Source: Takakia lepidozioides (Eukaryota; Plantae; Bryophyta). From it: DNA of 64,000 nt. This document shows, in pieces, positions 46,574 through 57,961 of this stretch (position 1 is its first letter; each line of letters opens with the position of its first letter). Location of the stretch: positions 81,654,001 through 81,718,000 of the forward strand of contig CM060731.1 in the NCBI GenBank assembly GCA_030704615.1. Reading direction: 5' to 3'. The notes under the pieces are model-generated. The model worked only from the letters and a program-made list of their open reading frames with translations, was not told where the DNA came from and did not search any database. Made by a program: the position numbers and the translations under genes.

Positions 46574-49500
46574 GCATGCCCGGTCCTGAGAGAGATATGA
46601 AGAGTGGGGCTGTGGGTAAAGACATAACAAGTGGAAGTACAGAGGGGGAGACCACCAGAGGAAGGGAGGTGGTTGTTACCCCAAGAGCTAGTTGGGTCCT
46701 CTGTGATGATTGCAACAAATGGCGATGCATTCCTGTGCAGCTTGCCGATGAGATTGATGCCACAAATGCCCATTGGTAGGTTTTCTTCTCTCTGGCTTGT
46801 TTGGACTTTGTTACATCTCTGCATTGAGTAGCAAGAACTTGCCGTGCCCCCGCTACTCCTTTATGTCTTTGAAGTTGGGGTGGGAAAGTCTGCACATGAA
46901 GTCGATCCCAAGAAGCAAAGCTGCTTAAGGTTCTTTTCTTGACATATTGTGCTGCTTGCCTGCCACACATGTGCAGGTCTTGTCGCGATAACCCAAATAA
47001 GGAAATGGCAAATTGTTCCATCCCGCAAGAGAAAACAAATAAGGAAATAAACAGAGAGCTGCAGATTTCTGAAGTCTCTATGGGTGAGGAGGGAGAGGAT
47101 AACGATGCGACGGGTGATTCCAAGTCCATGTGTAAGGGTTTTCAAGGTGTGTGGGAACACTACCAGATGCAGATGCCTCTGCAATTGTTAATGTGTTGAA
47201 ACAATGAAAATATACGATGCTGTGTTAACAGCTGGATTTGATTCTTTGTGGTTGAGAATTTTGTTACAAGCAATACTCTTCACTCTGCTTTGTGAGGCTT
47301 GGTGCTGAGTTTGTGTGACTTTCTCTTCTGTGCCAGTGAATCGGCCAGCTGTCTGGACACGCGTTCGCCACAACATCTTCCACCACCGCCGCCAGAAGCA
47401 CCAGGAGATTGATGAGGTGGGAAATTTGTGTTTTTGGGAGGACATCAACACGATCTTCCTAATGCTTTTTGGTTACTAGAAACCCAAAATGTGGGCAATG
47501 TTAGGCTTCTTGGAAAGGAAAAGCTCACCTTTTGCTAGCAAAGTGTTATCGTTTTGCTCTTTTAAATGGTGCATAATTGAGTGAACCCCACAGCCTCTGC
47601 TATAGCCCTTTCAGAGCTTCACTCCAAAAATTGATGACATCATTTGCTGTCAAGGCTCCCTTCGTTTGAAAAACTTCTTAAACCTATTTGCATGTGCTTG
47701 CCTGCGGTTGCCTCTAATTTTGTTCTTATGTGTGTCCAACTATTTTGGGAATGTGGAAATAACTAACTACATAGACAAGTCTAAATATCAGACAGAGTCA
47801 AGTTTGCCTTGTACTTTACTTATTATTGGTCACGTTAAAATAATCTGAAACAATACTAGAATGATTTTTTGGTTCTAGGGTGTCTGACTGGTGAAAGTTG
47901 GTTTGGCAGATGATGGTTTGCCTATGCAAGCCTCCAGAAGAAACAGGCATTGGCTGTGGTGACAATTGTTTGAACCGAATGCTCAGTATTGAGTGTGTGC
48001 CAGACCAATGCCCATGTGGGGAGGCTTGCTCCAACCAGCAGGTGGGAAAGAAAGTAATTTATCGATGGGCTTTGATGGGTTGAATACTTGCTGTAATTAT
48101 TGGCGAGATCAGTTTTTGACCTACCTTGGTTTTGAACGAGTTGGTGGGGTAATCTGACCTGTTGTATGTTGCGAATTCCAGTTGCAAAGGCGAGCATATG
48201 CAAAGGTGCAATTGTTCCGGTGTGGAAAGAAGGGGTTTGGACTACAGATGATGGAGAATGTGTCGAAAGGCGCATTCATCATCGAATACGTTGGAGAGGT
48301 TTGTTGTTTTCTCTGCTGAAAGCATATTTTCTCTGTGTCCCTCACCCTCCCTCTGCCTATCTTTGTTTTCCATTAGACGCAAGGATCACAGCAAGCTTGC
48401 CCTCATGTCTCAATTTCTCTGCAGGTGCTAGATCTACCATCATTTGAGGAACGACAGAAGGAGTATGCAGTCAAGGGCCAAAAACATTTCTACTTTATGA
48501 CTTTGAACAGCAATGAGGTACTTCTGTATTACCTGGTTCCTCTACATAGCAGCTTACATGCATGAGTTTGGGCAATGTTTTGCATTTGGTATTTCTTGAA
48601 GTGGTTTTTCTTGTCCCATGGAGCCCTCAGCACTCCCCATGGACGTTTCAAGGCACCAGATGAAAGGAACGCATGTGAGACAGGAAATATCGGATGATCC
48701 TTCAAGATGACTTATTCTAGTCTGGTAACATCTCTTCCAATATGGCAAGACTGTTGAATAGACGAGTACATATGGCACAAAACAACTTCACATTTCTAGG
48801 TCAGAATAGTTGTTTGCACGACTACGATGGATAATGTTAAGAGTCCACCTACCCAGTCATAGGCTTCCTCCATTGACCAAGGAAAGATAGACAAGCCTCT
48901 CCAAGCCTTTTTGGATGTTTGCCCATCACATGGCTCTCTAACTTTCTGTAAGTGACATTTACCAAATCAACATTTTGTACAGGTGATTGATGCATGTTCT
49001 AAAGGCATTTTGGGGCGTTTCATTAACCACAGTTGTGAATCCAACTGCCAGACAGAGAAGGTGGAGTTATCCTGCACATTGAAGTTATACAGTACTCTGT
49101 TGTGTTAGCTTGGTTGTAGGACAGTACTATTCATTCAGTTCGTGATATGCATTGAGTGCAATGACACACCACTGTTGGGCTCCCTCACTCGGCATCTCCC
49201 TATCAATCATCTCTCCTCTCCTGCAACTCACAGAAACGAACCCATCAACAACAATGTCAAACTGCTTGGAACTTCCAAGGTACTTCAATGGTAGTAGTAT
49301 ATGCGCTGATTGGGGAGTTCAATATGGAACAGTGGATGGTGGATGGAGAAGTATGCATTGGTTTGTTTGCTGTTCGAGACCTGGTGGAGGTACTTTCAAT
49401 CTTGCTTTGCACTTGTTCCACCTTGTTGATAGCAGGCATATGAAAGAGATGTGACAAAGACAAACTTTGATAGCTTTGATTCAGTGGGTGCCTGTTGGCC

Positions 49501-52500
49501 GCAAACACCTTGATATTAAGTTTTATCCTGTGAAAAACAGTAAGTTATTGCTGAGTGAGGCCACCTCCGTCAATGCAAGAAATGCATCATGCAAGGATTG
49601 ACATGTGAAGCCTTCAATGCAGGGGGAGGAAGTGACCTTTGATTACAATTACGTGCGTGTCAGTGGCGCTGTGGCTAAAAAATGTGAGTGTGGTGCTGTC
49701 AATTGTCGAGGTTTCATTGGTGGTGGCCTATTCGCCCCCCTCACAGTGGTGGGAAAATGACTCGACGATGATCAAGATGCTGAGCCTATCATGCTGGAAG
49801 CCGAGAGCGAAGAGGAGGCTGATGACCCAGTTGATGGTACAAAGGCTAGACCAGCCAAAAAGCCACGGCTAGCATCAGATAGTGGGGCTAGAGAATTGAA
49901 TGAGTTGAGGATTTGGAGTGTGAATTGGAAGTCATGTTTTCTGGAGGATAAAGGAGGCAAGGAGGCCATGCACTTTAAGCATTTGAAAACAACAGCAGTA
50001 CCAAAGAAGAGGGGCTCAGGACTTGTACAAGCAAGAGGATTGACTATCCCCATCACTGCTGGGGGAGGGCATTCTAATCGGAATTTGTATTACAGCGATG
50101 GTGGGATCTCTTCCCTCTAACTTACTTTCTTTTTTTGTGAGATTATTCCAGTTCCCTGACAAAGATTATTGTATCGATTCATGAGTTTGACACGTCAAGC
50201 ACTTTTAATATGAATGAGTGGCATTAGGCAGTTTTTTGCTGGAAGGAGGACATAAGCAGATTGTGAGGGACAATCTCAAGATGAAATTGTAAAAAAGGGT
50301 TGCATTGTGGATCTTGTTGTGACGGCAGTGGAAGAAAAGCTGGCTGAAATGTTGAACTGTCACGGAGGCTTAAGAAGGCGCCAGGTGAGGCACTTCCACC
50401 CCATTGAGACTCTTTGAACCAAGAGGTGACTGTGACCCTCTTACCAACATGCACTGATGTGACAAATGCTGTGAGTGCAGGATGCGGCAACGAATTATTT
50501 GAAATTGTTGGTGGTAAGGCGTGCCTCAGGGGACTCTTCCAATGGGGCTGGTCCATGCAGGTATGCCTGTGATCATACATTTAGGAGTGCAATTATTGAA
50601 AAGTGAGCAAAGGACAGTCATTTTTGACAAGGGCTAACTGCCATGTGACTTTCTTGGATGGAGAGCGGGTGGGCGTGACTTGTCACTGCTTCTGGAGGCC
50701 CTGCTAAAGACGAAGTCACAAAGTGTATTATCGGATATCTTGCAGAAGAACGGTGAGAATTCATCCTGCCCCCTTTTTCCCGTTCTCATGTTCTCCAAAC
50801 TCCCGCTGCTCCTGCAGCAACCGGAAGAGGAAAAGAGAGCAGTAAAGGCATGTGTGGGCCGAATGATGCATAAGTTCTTGAGTAGTTTGGTGAGTTTGGT
50901 AGAGTCACCAAAATCTAATTTTCTTTCAAGGCCACAGATGAAAAGCCACACATGCTCGCAGAGGGGCTTTGATAGAGACTAAGAGACTCGTGGACCCACA
51001 ATATCATGAGGCATGTCATAAGTGCTTTTGTGTGACTCAGTGGAAGGGTCTGGATGGAGTGCAGGTTTCCGCATGCTTCACAATCTGATCAAGCAGTTCC
51101 GCAAGCAGTGGGAAAAAATACCCATGCTTCGCAAGCTCTTAAAGGTTCCTTACCATCCTTCAACATGTCTTCCACACAGAGCTCATGTATGGGCAATTAG
51201 AGTGGACAGAGAATGATGGAGAGGAAGGTGCAAGGGAAAGGAAAACAGATGTGGAAGAGTGATATTTTGATTGATGGCCAGAAGGTGGTAATCCACATGC
51301 TGGTAAAGGCTGTATTTGGAATCAATTTTACCTGAGACACTTCTACATGTGAGGTAGGTGCGGGAGCATTTGGCAGAAAAGAACGTTCTAACGTTGGAGC
51401 AAATTACTGCGAGCCCCCCTTGCTGTGGAATGGAAAGGTTTGACTACAGATCCAATCTTTTGCAAAACCTCGTCCCTAGATTGCAATTTTCTGTCCGTCC
51501 CAGGTTCATTAACATCCGCTCGTCGTTGTCACGATCTTTGAGCAAGCAATGAAATGTTAAGGGCAATCATGGACCCTTAATTAGATATTTTGAAGCATTT
51601 CCTGCACACCTGGGGTTGCTGGATGACATTTCAGATCTAATGGCCCATTCATTGGGACTTATTAACAGCTACATAGCGGTAGTGTGTGCTTTAATCTTAC
51701 AAATTAACAAATGATGCTACTCGCATATGGTTATCAAGCTCTGCAATGCTCTTAACTGATGTGTGCCAGGGTGGTTGTCCTAGATGCAGCTCCTTAGTAC
51801 CAGTTTTATGTAGGCCCCTTGGTTGTGGAGACACGGGGCAGTCTACGTCTGGTTCATGTAGAGAAGGTGTGGTATGCTTGCGGGTGCTCAATGCTAATTC
51901 TTCAATGCTGGTGTATTTATGCAGCTTCTCGGAGTCACTGCTTTTGCTCACACGACATAACGATGTGGAGGTACTGTGTAACTTTTCATGGATTTCCTCT
52001 TATGAAATTTGTAGGACTCGAAATATCCCAAGAGCCTGTTTTCTACCAAAAAGTGAAGCTCTTGCACTGTGCACACTTGGCATCCACAGGGCCCCCTCGA
52101 GGTTCCAAGCATGTCAGAGAAATAATTTGACAGACATACAGTGACTGTGTTTTGTATAGAGCCCACCTATGACAGGGGGCAGTAGCCATCTCTCTGACTG
52201 TGTTTGACTAAAATGCACCTGAAGTTCTTTCTATGCGAAACTTTATTCTTCATGGTGCCCTTGTTCCACGGTGGTGTTTTTCTTAGATAGCTACTTGGGT
52301 TTCGCTCAGTCATCTATCAGATGGACTATGACCTATTCCCTGTTTCGTCCAACTGCTTCAATGTTAGTCATCTAGGATATTGCACCTGAATCAGTGCAAG
52401 CCAGTAAACTTATACTTAGTGTTTATACAGGTACAACAAATGGCCCGTCGATTTCGGAAGAACCATGTACCTCCTCGGGCACAGTGGACAGAATCATACA

Positions 52501-55045
52501 GTCAAAGGCATTCATCATCACCAGCAGGTCTGCAAACCTGTAAGCAGTTGCTGCAAAGATCCGGGAAACAGCTCCCTACCCCGACTACTAGTCAAGACCC
52601 CCACATTGTCCCATCCAAAAAGTTGGTTAAGAGATTAGTGTCACAGCGCTCATCCCCTCAATTGGCCTCAGAACTGGTCTTGGCTTCAGGACTCGAGCGT
52701 CCTTTGGCCCAAACACTGGCGAACAATTTATTGGAACAGAGAAGCGCGGAAAATGCAGCACCAATTGATGTAAGCTCCACTTATGGGAAGCCCGTGGCCA
52801 CCAAACACAAATGGCCCAGTCACGGGGACACTACAAAAAGCACTGATGATGGGGGTGCAGTTGAAGGCAATAGTTTGCCATCGACAACTGTCTTCACAAG
52901 CAGTGAGCGAGCCCAACCAGGCAGGCATTCCCAGACCCCTTTCTCACCTCCTGGTAAGCAGCAGGGGGTATCATCCCAATTCCACAACAGGAAATCACGG
53001 AAGTCACTGCACCCACTCAAGCCACCACCTCTGAATCGATCATCTTGCCACCCAAGGCATGAAGCTTCGTCCAGCCATCAGGGCAGCTTGCAAGACACAG
53101 GAAATGTCAAAGCAGCACCTGGAGCCCTATCTATCCTGGGTTCCTGGCAACCGTCAATACCAACAGTTCCTCCTACCCTTCGGACAAAATACGCAGCACT
53201 AGCAGGCACAAGAAGGCCACCGCCTGTGCTGGGTCAGAGGTCGGTCCACACAGGCACCCCACAAAGGGGTCGACCATTGGGAAGACGTGCTGCCCGCTAT
53301 CAAGCAGTTGGAAGGATTCCGGGGCAATCTGCTGTACCTGTCCCCTTACGTACAGGTATGGCAGCTCAGATGCGGAGGGTGGGTTCAATGCACACGGGCA
53401 TGCATGTCAGGTCCATGGGCAATGGTATGGCGAGGGTCGCACCAGTGCAGATCTCTAACCCTAACTTGTTTTCCCTTGGGCAGGCGTCAGTAGGAGCACA
53501 TGCAGAACAATCAGCTATGCATTGGGGGATTGCGCAAATGCCTGTGGCTAGGGCCCGTCCCTTATCTTTTGGGTTTCCTGCAGACTCTCCTGTCAAACGT
53601 GGGGCCCAACAGGTTGCAGCTTATGTCCCATGGCCTAATCAGCAAGCTGGTCGGGGCCCTCACTTTGTAGGACACATTCCTTTCCCTGTAGAAATCCAGC
53701 CACGGCCACCTGCACCTCGTCTGCCCATTTGGTCAAAAAAGCAGTCATTCTGGCAGGAGGGACGTAAGGGCCCACTTTCAGTAGCCGGTACAGAAGCTGC
53801 AAAAGGCCCAGACAATACTTTCTGCAGAAGCAGGATTGTGAATTCTGAGTCACATGATATTGACCTGGACCCAGAGCCAGGCATATACCCTTTGGGACCC
53901 CGACGTAATCTGTCTTCTCTAACAAGTTGGCAGGGTGGACCTTCACCCATGTATTTATGGGGTCCAAGTTCAGATAGAAGAAATAGCCAGACAGAGGGTA
54001 CTGCCGGTCAATCAAAGCGACAATGGGAGGAAAAGACCAAAGCTTCTCCTGGTATTGCACCTAAGCGTGGAGGAAACCCCTTGTCTTCAGACAAACGTGC
54101 AAACTTCAAAGGACTTCCTGCTTGGACCGGGTTATTTCAAGCCCCGGAACTATCGGGACGGGCCACAGATTCTGAGGCTGATTATCAGGCTGACAAGAGC
54201 CATCAAAGGCAAGAGTGTCCAGGGGAGGAGTTAGCTTTCCAGTCCTGGGTGACACCTGAGTCCCCAAGCTTTCAGCAGCATGTGAGCAGCTTCTCCTTTT
54301 CTTCTAAATGATTATCTATTTTCCCAAGTACTTCCTTTTGGATTTGAGTATATGGCATCTGAGCAGTTCATCTAGATGTGCAGCCCAACGTCTTTTCAAA
54401 TTCTTTTCGCTTGCATTGTGCAGGTGTCAGCAGTGATTACGGGTTATGTAGACTCAGAGCACAAAGTAAGTGATGTTTCATACCCTTTGGAATGCTGTTT
54501 ACTTGTGGATTTGTGATCCTTGATTAGTGGGACTTTACTGTTATTGGAAACAGCATGGGGCAGTGTACTGATAGTGGCTTATCTTTTATTTCGGCTGTGG
54601 CTGCAGATTGTTAGAGATACGGAAAGATTTTGCAGCAAACTAGCCCAAGTAGTGGTCCGGAAGGAAATTATGAAATACGGGAAACTTAAGACCCAGGTGA
54701 GCGGTACATATTCATTGCAGTGGACTCACCTGTGACTCAGGGCTTTTTCACACTCTTTCTTTGAAGCTCATAGAATGTATTAATAGCGCCTGAATCTCCA
54801 CCATCTCTTCAGTATAGGTGAGGATTGGAATGATGACAGAAGCTGTAGGTAAAGAATCAGACTTATAATGCAGAAACCCTAAGAAATTGATTTGGAGACA
54901 TGGCAATACTAAATAGTGGGTCTGCATGCAGGGCACTGTGAAACCAATCAACAGCAGCAAGTTGCTGGATAAAGTGATCTCATATGTAGACACACAAGTG
55001 AAGATCTATACAAAGATGATGGATGCCTGTGAGGGCCCACATTAA
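46574..55045 (+). pseudogene. Partial duplicate of ASHH2 (CW exon to C-terminus) with an in-frame TGA after post-SET; pseudogene or truncated functional paralog
   Basis: Exon-by-exon collinear with 16753-26565: CW 46574-46775 and 46977-47146; 47349-47416; AWS 47910-48041; SET 48182-48298, 48425-48517, 48983-49060, 49333-49389, 49623-50100 (TGA at 49758-49760); later exons to stop at 55045. Intron homology begins at ~46383 and 3' UTR homology ends at ~55265. The acceptor near 50668 is altered. Confidence 0.88.
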
Positions 55046-55440
55046 GGGGACCCTTCCCTCTGGACCTCAACATCTTGTGTGGCAACCGCATTGTTTTTCC
55101 CTGTACAGTGGCACCATCAAATTATTGGGGCTATAGGTATAGATGTTATGTGTTCTTTGCAATTTAACAAAACATTATTCGAGGGCCACATTTTTTTTCA
55201 TTTTTGGCTTGGCCCTCATCCATTTATACCCGTACAGACACGAAACCTTACGGAACCATACATAAAGTGAATTCTACATAGGGTTTTTGTCTCAACGAGG
55301 TGGAACTAATGGCTAGCAAATTGAAATAGGTCAGTGCACATGATCTAGCTACAATGTATCCAATAAAATGCTTGTGTTATTGCTTCTCCAGCACAAATCC
55401 CAGGTCCAATTCCAGTTGCAAAGTAAAACTTGACATAGCT

Positions 55441-56096
55441 CCGTCGGGCCAACTCGGAGCTTCGGTTGCTAACCGGGACATAATGTCCCTTTTTTACTCC
55501 TCCACAAGACCCTCGCTCATTTTGGGCCTAGTGGAAATTCCCTTTGGTTGTTGGCAGTCCGGAACAGCTCCCCACACCTTGGTCGCTTTCCGGCTCGCAC
55601 GCTTACTCACTAGTTTTTGGTCACCAACGGGCTTGCACCGTTCTCGGGGTTACTACTCCCTATATATACTTCTGTAACTGTTCGCGGGGGTTTCATAAAC
55701 AACACCGTCCTTTTATGGTGAATCACCACGAAGACCTTTGACTCCCGGTGATGAGTCGCGGTGAGTCTTGGCGAGTCTTGGCTCACCCACCACGGCCCCA
55801 ATGGACCGTGATGAGTCCCAAAACTCCCCACGACTCCCACCACAAGGTCTCTGCCCCATCGTGAGTCATATGTCACCCCCACTGAGACCCACTAAGCTAT
55901 CACCACCCTTTGTAGAACCACCCCCTCCGCAACCCGATGTGCGGGGCTCCACTTAGTGAGCGTCTTCGCCTCCTTGAATGCCTTGGCACTCAAGGGTGCT
56001 CAGCCCCCGTAACCTATTGTTGCCATTTTGCCCCACCCACAGGGGCAGCCCCTCTTGTGTCCCAACCCCTTGCCCTCAAGACAAAGGGCCGCGACA
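55441..56096 (-). mobile_element. Solo, 3'-truncated LTR of the same family as the Gypsy element at 61683
   Basis: Its reverse complement starts TGTCGCGGCCCTTTG and is collinear with 61683-~62332. The last ~75 bp of the LTR and the PBS are absent. Confidence 0.9.
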
Positions 56097-56198
56097 CACA
56101 CCCCTACCAACAGGGAGTCGATGTCCTCATCGACTTGTCCATTTTGTAAAAAACTACATCCAAGCTGTGCGTCCCACATAAGGGGTTTGTTTCCTACC

Positions 56199-56790
56199 AT
56201 GGCGTCTCATGGCAAAGAACCAAACCTCCACTTGACTCTACTCTCCACTAGCTAGTTCGGCCGACTTCCTCCAAGTCCCGGCCAAGGGTCCGCCTCTCCA
56301 GCTCCACCCAGTGCACTCTTCTTGGCCCACTTCAAGGCCAAGGAACGATCCTCACCGAGGGATCGAATCGCTTTACTGCAACAACCTTGCTTACGATCGC
56401 CTCATTATGCCGCTTTTTGGCATACCTGAGCAAGGGTTCACCTTGAACCTTTTTTTATAAGAAGATAACCTTGAACAACCGTCGACCCCAATCACTATAA
56501 GTGGTCCGTCTTGAATGCTGCCCTGAGGTACGGAACACGCCAAGCCGGCACTACGAATTAGTCCCGAGGTTACACGATATAGTATTGGGCAAAGTGGGCT
56601 TTCACTCGCATGGAGGCTTTTGGGCACAACTAACCCCTGCATTCTTCCCATCTCTGTAGCCGAGGTGATATAAACATGCGATCTTTGGCGACCTGCAGCT
56701 TCAATGCACAGAGATTGCATTGAACACCGTTCTTTTTGTGCGGGTCTATGGTGAACCAAGGGATCCACTCCTCCCTCATCCTCACCCCAG
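56199..56790 (+). mobile_element. Possible heavily degraded L1-type ORF1 relic
   Basis: Broken peptides (FLAYLSKG, PNHYKWSVL, GLSLAWRLLG) are loosely reminiscent of plant L1 ORF1. Many stops; weak evidence. Confidence 0.2.
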
Positions 56791-57194
56791 ACAACCTAAC
56801 CACAGACTTAAGGTTGAATGAAGAACACTAGTGTACTTGGTAGATTTGTCAAGAGCAATAGAAGGTAGAACAGAATGCGATGGCCCCAAAACATTACGGT
56901 AATCCATTCCAAGTGGATCAATGCACCATGTATTATTGTGCTTTTCGACAATTTGTTGCAGTGGCTCTGGTGCAAGCCACAACAAACAAAAGTCTGCACC
57001 CTCCTCTTGGGCACACTCTAATCAAGGGATAGAGAACATTCACTCGCCACAAAAAGGTTTGCCACAAAAGAAGTGAGGGGCATTGTGACCACCTTATATA
57101 CCCTCCAGCCTCCAAGCCTTACACGCTCGACGAATTATAATCCAATGTTGCGACCGCCCCAGGTCGCACGAAGAAATCACATGTTATTTAAATT

Positions 57195-57485
57195 AATTAG
57201 ATGGATGAGATTTCAATGGATGAATATATGTTTGATGAATGTACAATGGATGTTGAACAATGGAAAACATTCAGAATGAAGGATGCATTCAACACAGTAC
57301 ATGAATGCACAATGTATATAACATGAGTGTGAGTGGTTTGTAAGATGGATTGAGAGTGCAGGGATGAATGTACAAGGATGTTGAATAATGGAAAATTTAT
57401 GAATGGGGGATGCATGAATACAGTGTAGATGATGGACAATGGATTTGACATGAGGTTGTGGTGGTTGTGGGATGGATTCATGAAG
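57195..57485. repeat. Low-complexity ATGAAT/GATG-rich tract with a degenerate ~130-bp duplication
   Basis: gatgaatgtacaa(t)ggatgttgaa(c/t)aatggaaaa occurs at ~57234 and ~57363. Confidence 0.7.
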
Positions 57486-57961
57486 ATTGTAATTAATTCT
57501 GAGTGGATTCTTTGTTCTTTTTTCTTTCTGCCGGAACATCTGCAATAAAGTAAGGGAATTCAATATTTTACGAAGTGGATGAGAAATGAACATTAAAAAT
57601 GCGTAGTTCAGTCTGACTTAGAGTCAGTACAATGTATCCCCGCGTCATCTGCATCCAAGTACCAAGATTTTAGAACTCAGGATCTACGATGGCTACACCT
57701 GCGGTCGGGCAATTAAATAAAAGTCAGGGGAGAGGAGAGAGCCTCGGCCATTTGAAGTGTCATTGCTTCGGCATACCACAGGAAGCACAAAAGTGGAAAA
57801 GGGGGCGCTGTCGAAAACAGTCTCGCCCACAAATTGGGGCGTCTCCTGAAGATCCACCGTTGTTTTTCCTACAAGTCACAGCAAGAAATACGTTATTACT
57901 GCAAATTTGATAAAGCGATTGAAAAATGCACCCAAAGTGGAATGACAAGTCCATTGCAGAA

